Shown one piece after another: positions 13,605 to 22,892 of a stretch of DNA of 64,000 nucleotides (position 1 is its first letter; every line of letters begins with the position of its first letter). The stretch spans positions 113,832,001 to 113,896,000 of the forward strand of contig NW_026262701.1 in NCBI RefSeq assembly GCF_021869535.1, given 5' to 3'. The DNA comes from Mytilus californianus. Taxonomy: Eukaryota. Below the pieces are notes generated by a model that was given only the letters and a program-made list of their open reading frames with translations, did not search any database and was not told the DNA's origin. The position numbers and the translations under genes were made by a program.

Positions 13605-13642
13605 TTAGTTTAAACATATTTTATTTGCTTAAATATGCAAAA

Positions 13643-13684
13643 GGGATGAGACACAAGTTAATCAAACTTATGAAGTCTTCTCCC
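13643..13684 (-). other. LINE 3' UTR stem-loop (candidate ORF2p recognition element)
   Basis: The RNA reads GGGA-GA-AGAC...CAUAAGUU-UGAUU-AACUUGUG...UCCC. The inner hairpin (AUAAGUU-UGAUU-AACUUGU) is unchanged in the diverged copy at ~53120-53140. Confidence 0.65.
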
Positions 13685-13826
13685 ATGAACAATTTATAAC
13701 AATAGAATTTTTTACAAAGCATGCATGCAAACAATACATTGTATATATTGGATATGTAAAAGATGATGTGTGATGATGTGAATGGTTGTACACAATATAC
13801 ATGTATATGCACTTTAGTGTGCTGTA

Positions 13827-16800
13827 TTACACAATTAGAAACCTCTTTGACTCTTTAATAAACTCATATACATTCTTTACAATTCTTTCATTTTCATCAT
13901 TAGTTAATGACGAATCACCGGAGGTTAAGATGTTCAAATTTAATAGAGAGTTCTCTGGTAACCAGTTCAGATTATTAGATAGTTTGATTCTTATATTCGT
14001 ATAATTAGGACATTCAAAAAAGAAGTGAAATGAATCTTCACGCTTAGCACCACAGCTACAAGACGGATCTGAAATTATATTAACTCTGTTAAGATCATAA
14101 TTCAAAAACGAGGCTGAGCATCTAAGTTGAGTCAAAATGATGTTGAGTTTACGATTGCCAAATTTATAATGTTTGGGTACTTGGGCTTTTGAATTTAGTT
14201 TAAGATTTTTTAATTCAGTTTTGAATTTACCTAAAGAGTCAATGTTGCGGGTCAGCACATTAAGGTTATTCCACAGTCGTATAGTTGAAGGTATGAAGGA
14301 TTCTTGGGTCAATGAAAGTCTACAAAAAGGGTATATTATATCATTCCCATTACGTAAGGGATAAACAGCTGTACTTTGGATTGTTGGTGGAATTAAATTG
14401 CAAAGATAGGCTGGTGCATTATTATGTTGAATATTATAAAATAATTGTAACTTCCTCCTTTCTCTTCGTTCAGCTAGAGTTTCCCAACCAATCTCATCAT
14501 AAATAATTCTACTACTAGTAAAAATAGGAAGACCTGTTACAATTCTGGCTGCCTCAAGCTGCAGCTGCTCTAATTTGTTACAATAACCCACACCCATATT
14601 ATCCCAAACTTCACAGGCGTATTCGAGTAACGGTCTTATAAAAGTCAAGTATAGCTTTTCTAAGTTATTTCTACTTAATCTGTACTTTAGTTTTCTAAGT
14701 ACATTCAAATGTTTCGATACATTTTTTATGATACTTTCCACATGAGTGTTCCATTTAGCATCTCTACTAAATGTAACACCCAAGTGTTTATGAAAATCTG
14801 TAACTTTAATATTCTTACCATTGAATATGAAATTCATTTCCGGAGTTTCAATGTATGAAAACAACATAATTTCTGTTTTTTCTGGGTTAAAGGACATCAG
14901 CCATTTCTTAGACCAATCGCTCAGCTCACTCAGGTCGTGACTGATCACTGATTTTATTTGTGACGTGTCACGACTAGAGTAGCTGAGAGATGTGTCATCT
15001 GCAAATAATCTACATAAAGATATCAAATTTTCAGCAATATCATTAATATAAATAATGAATAAGAGCGGTCCCAAAACAGAACCCTGTGGGACACCAGCTG
15101 AAATACTGCAAAGCTCTGACGACGATTGTTTAATAACAACTCGCTGTTGTCTGTTGTTCAGGTAACTTTTAAACCAATTCAGTAATTTCCCGTCCACACC
15201 GTATGACTTCATTTTATATAGCAATCCTTGATGCCAAACTTTATCAAAAGCTTTAGAAAAGTCACAGAAAACGAAACAGCTAATTTCTTTATTTTCTAGT
15301 GAATTTAAAATACAGTTGTAAATTTCTAAAAGCTGGTGAACTGTTGAACATTTTGGAAGAAAACCAGACTGGTATTCATATATTAACTTATTTCTATGTA
15401 GGTGATTGAAGACATGTTTATAAACAACTCGCTCCATTATTTTCCCTACACAACTTATAAGCGATATAGGCCTATAGTTAGATGGTAGAGAACTATCTCC
15501 CTTTTTAAAAAAAGCAATTACATTTGCAGTCTTCCAGCTGGTGGGATATTTACATTGTTGTAGGGATTTATTAAATATTATTTTTAAAGGAATTGCTATT
15601 TTTTCAGGACACATTTTCAGCATTTTATGACTTATGACATCTGGACCAGATGCCTTATTAGGATCTAAAATTTTAATTATATCAACTATTTCATATTTTT
15701 CAATTACTAAATCATTTAAAATAATATTGGTTCTTGGTTCAACTTCAGGGATGGGAACACCTTCCTCCTCTAGGGAAGAAATTAGACTAAAATATTTATT
15801 CAACAGATTACATTTCTCGTCGTCTCCGTACACTACATCTTCCATACTTTCATCGTGAATAATATTATTAAGTGGTGGTAAATCACCAGAACCCTTATTG
15901 GATTTAATAAGCATTTTCATTATCTTCCAATAAGTTTTAGGGTTAGCCACGTTATTTAAGATGATATTATCCAAGCTTCTTTCAAATTTTTCTTTTGCAG
16001 CTTTTTTCAAATTATTTACTTTATTCCTCTGCTTTTTGTATTTATTAATGTCAGAATCTTTTTTAGTTTTTAAGGCGTTTTTACGAAATCGATCTCTTCT
16101 GCGGATTTCTTTCCTTAACTCGTTGTCAAACCATGGTCTGTCATTGTTTCGTATATAAACATGTCGAGTTGGGATGCTCTGCCTTGCGATGTCAAGGATT
16201 TTTTGAGTAAATGTATTGCACATCTCGTCGACATCCTCAACATCAGAAAAAAGTGCATCCCAACTGACAGAATCAAGTCCGGAAGAAAAATTTTTTAAAT
16301 CTGCTTTATCGTACAACCAAATTTCTCTTTTGAATGATTTGGATGCAAATCTCGGACATTCTAAAAATATTAAAGAAGCATCGTGATCACTTATTTCCGA
16401 CGGTAATTTAAGTACGTCGGCAACAGAATATTTAATTGTGTCGCTGATTATTATCGGGTCTAGTAATGTGCTACTGTGTCCAGTCACCCTTGTCGGTTTA
16501 TTTATTACATTTTCTAAATTAAAAAGTTTCATTGTATCATATAATTTATTATTATGGATTGAAAATAAATCAGAGTTCAAATCTCCTGTTATCACAATAT
16601 TCTCGCTTAGTTGGTAACTCAATCCCAGCGAATAATTAAGTCTTGTCCAATAGTCATTGTCCATCCACTCAGGCCTATAAGTACAACAAAGAAGAAATGA
16701 CTGACCTTTACCTTTAATCTCTACCCATATTGTCTCATCAATGTGGTTTTCGAGTTCACCTTTACGTACGACGGATATATCATCCTTTACATAGATGACA

Positions 16801-17300
16801 ATGCCTCCGCCGGCACTGTTACGATCCTTTCGGATTATATTCTTTGAAAATGAGGAAAGCTGCAAATCGTCAATGTTAACACTTGGATCCAAATGGGTTT
16901 CAGTTATAGTTAATATATCAAATTCGTCAGTAAAGTTTTGGAGAAAATTAAGCTTATTTCGTAGACTACGTATGTTTATGTTACATATGGATAGTGAGGT
17001 TTCATTTATGCTAGTAGAGTCAGTTATAATATCTATATTCGGACCTGGATTAGTCTCAATATTTCCTATAATTAGGATGACATTTAAAACAAATAGCAGA
17101 AAAACAATATCTATATTCGGATTTAAGCTCTGGAGAAGTGAGAGAGAGACGACGAGTAATGAGCATCTGAAATTGGTAAGTAATATTTCTTTTAAAGAGC
17201 TATCACAAGTTCGTGAGTTAAAGCTGCCGAGTCTAAAAGTGCATCTACATAAGTTAAATAACCCGATAGCTGCCCTATATTGTTCTATACAATTACCCAT
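13827..17300 (-). CDS. LINE ORF2: N-terminal leader with 2A-like motif, APE endonuclease, reverse transcriptase, C-terminal Cys/His motif (1157 aa)
   Basis: EN motifs NINIRSL, ITETHL, GDLNS and SDHD. RT motifs PGPD-like ASGPD, YRPISL, DFSKAFD, QGSVLGPLLF, FADD and HLGV. C-terminal CSCG...H...C. No stops or frameshifts. Confidence 0.98.
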   Translation of the reverse strand: MGNCIEQYRAAIGLFNLCRCTFRLGSFNSRTCDSSLKEILLTNFRCSLLVVSLSLLQSLNPNIDIVFLLFVLNVILIIGNIETNPGPNIDIITDSTSINETSLSICNINIRSLRNKLNFLQNFTDEFDILTITETHLDPSVNIDDLQLSSFSKNIIRKDRNSAGGGIVIYVKDDISVVRKGELENHIDETIWVEIKGKGQSFLLCCTYRPEWMDNDYWTRLNYSLGLSYQLSENIVITGDLNSDLFSIHNNKLYDTMKLFNLENVINKPTRVTGHSSTLLDPIIISDTIKYSVADVLKLPSEISDHDASLIFLECPRFASKSFKREIWLYDKADLKNFSSGLDSVSWDALFSDVEDVDEMCNTFTQKILDIARQSIPTRHVYIRNNDRPWFDNELRKEIRRRDRFRKNALKTKKDSDINKYKKQRNKVNNLKKAAKEKFERSLDNIILNNVANPKTYWKIMKMLIKSNKGSGDLPPLNNIIHDESMEDVVYGDDEKCNLLNKYFSLISSLEEEGVPIPEVEPRTNIILNDLVIEKYEIVDIIKILDPNKASGPDVISHKMLKMCPEKIAIPLKIIFNKSLQQCKYPTSWKTANVIAFFKKGDSSLPSNYRPISLISCVGKIMERVVYKHVFNHLHRNKLIYEYQSGFLPKCSTVHQLLEIYNCILNSLENKEISCFVFCDFSKAFDKVWHQGLLYKMKSYGVDGKLLNWFKSYLNNRQQRVVIKQSSSELCSISAGVPQGSVLGPLLFIIYINDIAENLISLCRLFADDTSLSYSSRDTSQIKSVISHDLSELSDWSKKWLMSFNPEKTEIMLFSYIETPEMNFIFNGKNIKVTDFHKHLGVTFSRDAKWNTHVESIIKNVSKHLNVLRKLKYRLSRNNLEKLYLTFIRPLLEYACEVWDNMGVGYCNKLEQLQLEAARIVTGLPIFTSSRIIYDEIGWETLAERRERRKLQLFYNIQHNNAPAYLCNLIPPTIQSTAVYPLRNGNDIIYPFCRLSLTQESFIPSTIRLWNNLNVLTRNIDSLGKFKTELKNLKLNSKAQVPKHYKFGNRKLNIILTQLRCSASFLNYDLNRVNIISDPSCSCGAKREDSFHFFFECPNYTNIRIKLSNNLNWLPENSLLNLNILTSGDSSLTNDENERIVKNVYEFIKESKRFLIV

Positions 17301-18821
17301 TGGGTTTTATCATAGAAATCATAATACATATAATAAGGCAGCAAAACGAAATATATAAATCACAACAACCACACACATCATCACATATAACTGAGGAAAA
17401 ATTCAAAAAAGACAAATAAAAGAAAAATATACAAAACAAAAGAAACAAGGTTTGGAATATGAGAGAAAGCATTTGTATTTGAAATGGGAAATGATTTACT
17501 ACTTGAAGACTTCGAACTTTTTTTAAAAAGCATTATACTGATATGTTGTTACGTGTAAAATCATATGGTTATGGAAGTTTACAAACTTCTTACCTAATTG
17601 CATTTAAGGATTATTGATTGATTGAGAAGAATTTATTAGTTCTAAATAAAATATTAAATTAAAGAAGTTAAATAAGTAAAAAAAGGAAACACCTATAAAC
17701 TCAACATTTATGCATAGAGCCACGCAAGATGAAAACAAATACTACAAGTGACATCAATACAACAAAATACATCATATACATTAAATGGTGCAGTACAGAC
17801 AAATAATAATAATAACAGCGATATAGCTACATTCGTATATGTAATTGCGAATTCAAATTTCAAGAAGTCTTTAATATTTTAGGACTTTCTAGTCAAACGC
17901 ACCCGAATTTAAATAGATAACTTCATTCTCAGTGTCAATTAACGTCAAAAGAGGCCGTAAGGGTTTACAGTATAAAATAACTGCTTCAATTTTTTAAAGT
18001 AAAGCAGGTTTTTTCATCATTAATACGTTTTGATAATAATATCTTCTTTTATATTTCAATATCATTCAAAAGTGTTCAATATAGTTGTTCATACTTAGGT
18101 ATTTGTTATCATAAATTTGAAACAAAAACCCAAGTATACGTCAGTGAACTGCATGTTTTTGCATGGTTATAACATTTTGTTTACATAAATCTTTAAAGGT
18201 GGAGGCATCTGAAGTTTTCAACAAAAAGAAGTCATATTACATTTATCATCACAGCTGTAAACTCTATCGGGTTTACAAAAATGTTTTATTAAATTTAGAT
18301 TATTTGTATTGATTTTATTTAGGTGAGAAAAAAGCATTAAATATGAATAAAGTTTTTATTTTTTTTATTAAAGGGTACAAATTTTCACTGTTATATCCAG
18401 TTTAAAAAAAGGGGGTATCACATATTATGTGTTTTTTCAAATGTATTTAGTCACTTAGGAACTTAAACAGACATCGTCACAATACGAGTTTGAAAATTAT
18501 ACTTGAATTGTCAAGCCTGGAATTATTAATATCAGTGGAAAAAAGAAATAAGTTGCAATTGTATGTACAAGTGAACAGGGGAAAGAGAGTGTGTTGGATA
18601 AATGATGTAACTAGCAGTTGAATGAAATTATTCAGATAACTAAAACAAAAACAAAGAAAAAAGCTTTAGTTGGATTAGACCATCTGTCTACTACTGAAAT
18701 TTTCAAGTTCAGACAAACCCGTTTATGGTATTAACGACGGAAAGTCAATATACATTGTATAGCAATTATTTCAACAGCTCAAACTAGATAAGAAAAACAG
18801 TTATGTTTTGTTCAAACAGTT

Positions 18822-19946
18822 TTACTCTCCATTATTAGACTGTTGTGAGTTATTAACTTCATTTGTTTCTGGACTCCTATCAGTATCTGAACGTAGTTGG
18901 TTAGGTGATTCGGTAATGCCCCGTTCGATGTCAGAGATGTCATCAAAGCTATTTATCAGTTCCTTTCTACTTTTTTCAGCCCTTTTAACAAATATACGAC
19001 CATCTGAAGTCCAATAGGCGTGTATTTGGTTGTTGTATTTCATCTGGGATAGTTTTTTTGTCAGGTCTGTTCTGAATTTGGTAAGATTCTCAGTTATGAA
19101 AATACCATCTTCGTTGTGTTTCAGATATTTTTTGTTTGTATATACCATGTCTCTAGTACGGTAAGACATAAATCTAACAATGACTTGACACTTGCCATAT
19201 TTAGCTTTACCAATGACGTGACTTCTACTAATATCGTTAATAGAGAGGTCGAGGCCAAGTTGGCTGTTGCAAATACTTAGGATTTTGTCATCCGTATTGA
19301 CTGGGTGAAGAATTTTTCCGTGTCCGTCAACTGGTACTTGGATGTTATGAAAGCGGAGACTGGTCCGACGAGAGTACTGCTCTTGGCTTTCTAATCTACT
19401 ATCTATATCCTTGGTTTTTTTATGGAGTGCCTCAAGCTCCGAATCCCAAAGGTCCAAAATTCTAGAATTTTCCTTTAACTGAGTGTCTATTTTATTTATC
19501 CATATGAATTGTCTACATATTTTTTCTGTGTGGTCATTTATTTTGGCTTCATGTTCATTGACAGACTTTTTAATTGGTTCGACGTGTGCTGCGATGCATT
19601 TTTGCACTTGTTCTTCAATTAGTGGAGTTAAGGTTTCACTGATTTTTTCAGCCAATACTGGAATTATTGTGTTGAGAACATCTGGACTGGTGAGTGCTTC
19701 AATGACCTTGTCTGTAATGTTTTTACGTGTTGCTGGTGTCTTTTTTTCGATATCTCGTAGGTCGCCTATGGAGTTGCGACGCCTAATCTGTCGTGTATTT
19801 TGCTTTTGGGTTGCAGGGAGGTTATCTGGACTATCAGGGTTACACCTTTTGTTCATATTCAGAGATGGTGAATTAATAATAGGTTGTGAATTCGTTACCA
19901 AATGGTCAGAACTGTGTTCACTTTCTTTGGCCATGGAGGTCGCCAT
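18822..19946 (-). CDS. LINE ORF1 (L1-type coiled coil-RRM-CTD RNA-binding protein, ~374 aa from the ATG at 19946)
   Basis: The coiled-coil region is followed by EQYSRRTSLRFHNI, HVIGK, VIVRFMSY, IFITENLT and YWTSDGRIFVK, which are motifs of L1-like ORF1p. The ATG at 19946 has good context (ACAATGG). The ORF-track start at 20009 is a TTG. Confidence 0.92.
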   Translation of the reverse strand: MATSMAKESEHSSDHLVTNSQPIINSPSLNMNKRCNPDSPDNLPATQKQNTRQIRRRNSIGDLRDIEKKTPATRKNITDKVIEALTSPDVLNTIIPVLAEKISETLTPLIEEQVQKCIAAHVEPIKKSVNEHEAKINDHTEKICRQFIWINKIDTQLKENSRILDLWDSELEALHKKTKDIDSRLESQEQYSRRTSLRFHNIQVPVDGHGKILHPVNTDDKILSICNSQLGLDLSINDISRSHVIGKAKYGKCQVIVRFMSYRTRDMVYTNKKYLKHNEDGIFITENLTKFRTDLTKKLSQMKYNNQIHAYWTSDGRIFVKRAEKSRKELINSFDDISDIERGITESPNQLRSDTDRSPETNEVNNSQQSNNGE

Positions 19947-20330
19947 TGTTATTGTTTTGATTAGAACCCGTTTCAAAAGCGTTTCAAAAAAGTTCTCAAA
20001 AGTTCTCAAATGATATTGATTTGTAAAATATTACGAAGTTTTTACATTACATATATAGTCTGTTAGCTATGTAGCAAGTTTCGTCATCTAACTTTTACGT
20101 TATCCAGCTTAATATCCCATTTGTGGTTAGATATATTTTACACGTCCATAGCTGATAAGCGCATGCCCAAAAATACCCTAGGTGGGGCATAAAAACAAAA
20201 CATAATTTAATATTCTGATTATTTTTATCGTTTAATAAACTTTTTTCTTGTTTCGTATGAATGAATGTCGAGTAACATTTATGACAACGACTACTGTAAC
20301 AGTAATTAGTTTTCCAAATAATTTACCTAC

Positions 20331-20593
20331 CCAAATACCACACCAGACTGGAGAGAAAGTCTTTGTTAGTGTGTCTACCTTCTGATAAGCTTCAGTTTCC
20401 TTGGTTTTTGCATCAGGCACAAATTTGTCTTCAAAAAATAAAAATAACAAGAAATCTATGATTCCTAAACCAATACATATCCCGCCGATACCTATCTGTA
20501 TAGAACCTAATGTCTTCAACGCTGAGAATGGAAAGTTTCTCACTTTACCAATGTCAACGCCCTCTATCGTCATTTTCTCGTTTGTGTCTTCTC
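20331..20593 (-). CDS. MS4A/CD20-like gene exon 2 (TM1 and start of TM2: ...LKTLGSIQIGIGGICIGLGIIDFLLFLF...SPVWCGIW)
   Basis: Acceptor TTCTTACAG|GA, donor TGG|GTAGGT. LG-x-x-QI-x-x-G and P-x-W-x-G-x-W are CD20-like family hallmarks. Confidence 0.88.
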
Positions 20594-20744
20594 CTGTAAG
20601 AAGTAGAAATGAACAATGCATTTAACACTGTAATTTCAAAAAAAATAGAACTGCAATTTACACGAATTGTACTCCTCTCTCATTTGTTTTACAAATTTTA
20701 GATAAACAAATAGAAACACAGTTTTACAGTGGATTATGTCAACC

Positions 20745-21170
20745 CCTAACTATCTTCAGTGGCAATTCAATATCAACTAAAGCGCTTCAGTGGCATTTCA
20801 ATATCAACCACTTATGAGCTTCAGTTGTAATTCAAGATCAACCCATAAAGAGCTTCAGTAGCAATTCGATATTAATCCATTAAGAGCTTCAGTTGCAACT
20901 TAATATCAATCAATAAAGTGTTTCAGTGGCAATCATGTATCAACCCCTAAAGAGCTTCAATGGCAATTCAATATCAACCTCAAAAGAGCGTCAGTGTCCA
21001 TTCAATTTCAAACCTCTGGAAAGCTTTAGTGGCATTTCAATATCAACCCCTAAAGACCCTCGGTGGCAATTCAATATCAACCCATAAAGAGCTTCAAGGG
21101 CAATTTAATATCAAACCCTAAAGAACTTCAAGGGCATTTCAATAACAACCCCTTAAGAGCTTCAGTTGCA
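20745..21170. repeat. Degenerate ~35-36-bp minisatellite (CAACCCCTAAAGAGCTTCAGTGGCAATTCAATAT-like), ~12 copies, in intron 1 of the MS4A-like gene
   Basis: AGAGCTTCAG/GCAATTCAATATCAAC recurs at ~35-bp spacing. Confidence 0.85.
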
Positions 21171-21817
21171 AATCATTCATAACCCGTACATGTATACATT
21201 GATAGAATGTTCTCCTCTACTTTCGAATAATGCAAAAGAATGTGGAATGTTTATAATGAAATGAATCACTATTTTCATTATTAATCTGAAATCTGAATCT
21301 AACCAAGGGGATACTTGTGTTTACGTTCTTGCTACGAAATCGACCATTCATCTTTTTGAGGCGTGTTTTTAAGTGAATTGTTTGATTTTCTAAATTTCTT
21401 GAGAAAATTGTCTCGGAAAAGAAGTGAAAAATAGTTTGCTTCCATTGGAAATTAGAAAATAAATCAACATGGAGCTTTAAAAAATGTTCCTGTATGTTAT
21501 TGGAAAAATAGTTTGTGTGTGATAAAAATCGAAGAAAAATGTTTTTCCAGAGAAAAAATAATATGCCGCCGTAAAAATTGAAAGATCGGTGCCTTACTGT
21601 GTTGATAACATTAAATATACATTTTTTCAAATGTCTTTTTTTTTTAATTCTACTATTCATCAGCCATTGATCTACTCTCTTGGATAGTTAAGGGAGTATT
21701 TAGTTAATGCTACAAAAATATTACTTAAACTTATCAAGCACCAAGTGTACAATTAATTTCATTTTGTTTAGAAATAATCAGGTCTATATGAATATGTAAA
21801 ATAAAATTACAACATAC

Positions 21818-21824
21818 CCGCCAT
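21818..21824 (-). CDS. MS4A/CD20-like gene, probable first coding exon (ATG GCG G|)
   Basis: AAACATGGCGG|GTATGT has good Kozak context and a phase-1 donor that matches the phase-1 acceptor at 20593 (MAGEDTNEKM...). Confidence 0.6.
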
Positions 21825-22300
21825 GTTTGGGATTATTGCCAGTATCCTATGGACTAAAGACTTTTTATGTTGAAGGTGTGTACTAAACAAATTAGTCGAA
21901 ATGAAAAGTAATTCTTGATAAAAACGGTAATCTGTAAATAAGCTAATCTATGCATGTACATTTTACTTATTTGATCATGTTGTTTTAAAATAACTGCATA
22001 AAGGAATACGAGTGCCAAATAACGCGAGACTATGTCCACTATCGCGCTGTAAACAGATTACATTCAAAACTGTAAGATTTCGTCTACCAACACTTTTAAA
22101 CTGTGACATTGAACAAACAAATATTCAAACATTTGACATCAAAATGATTTGAATCATATTTGAAAATATTTCAAATTGGCAATTGTGCACTTCTCAATGA
22201 TATTTTTCTAAGTTTTCTCGTGTCTGTCTTTATAAGTATAAGGCGTCTATCTTGTTTTTGATAATATCTTTATTTAAAGAGAGTAGCTGGTTTGGATTAA

Positions 22301-22892
22301 GGGCATACGATAAAGTTACAGAGGAGGTAATGACGTTGCTAACGTAAAATGTTATTTTTCGCGACGTCAAACTGACATATCGGGAAAAGATGCATTTTCC
22401 GACTGATTTTTATCGTTCAGACTGATTTGACTTGAAAATGAGTTCATGAACCCCTCTTTTTTAAAATGACATTATGTTTGATTACGTATGAAGATTATTT
22501 GTACCAATTTTTATGAAAAAGTCACCGATGAAAATTTTTTTAAATTAGATAAATATACAGCAAAAAATGCCGTTTTTTTTCTAAAATCATGAAACTTTGA
22601 TAAAAATTAATTATTTTCAAAGAATTTTTATACAAATTAAGAGCATTTTTATGTAAAGAAGACTTTCCAAATGTGTTTACAAAATTCTGCTTGTGTTTAT
22701 CTTTTGAAATAAAAAAAATTAAGAATGTCAATCCAAAGGATAGAAATGTCATAAAAACCGAAATTTTGAGTAAATGTCTAAAATTTCGACCCCATTTATC
22801 TCTTAAAGTAGCACATGAAGGTATATTTTTTATTACATATTTGAATTGACCAGGTGAAAAATAGCTTGGGATCAAAACTGTATCGTATGCCA
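22301..22892. mobile_element. Non-autonomous DNA transposon with TTAA target duplication (Kolobok-like)
   Basis: TTAA|GGGCATACGATAAAGTT ... AACTGTATCGTATGCCA|TTAA. The TIR is imperfect (~17 bp) and there is no coding capacity. Confidence 0.7.

Larger units (their letters stand above)
13605..20162 (-). mobile_element. Full-length CR1-group (CR1/L2/Crack/Daphne-like) LINE retrotransposon, ~6.56 kb, both ORFs intact
   Basis: Layout is ORF1, a 1.5-kb spacer, APE-RT ORF2, and a 3' UTR with a stem-loop ending AATAAAATATGTTTAAACTAA. Both ends are fixed by the interrupted host element. Confidence 0.93.

Noticed and set aside
16795-17358. 187-aa antisense ORF over the ORF2 5' end (also 19483..20013 over ORF1 and smaller ones inside ORF2)
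   Set aside because: These are typical shadow frames opposite a long coding sequence, with no recognisable motif or independent signals.
19947-20009. ORF1 start at 20009
   Set aside because: That codon is TTG. The first ATG in good context is at 19946.
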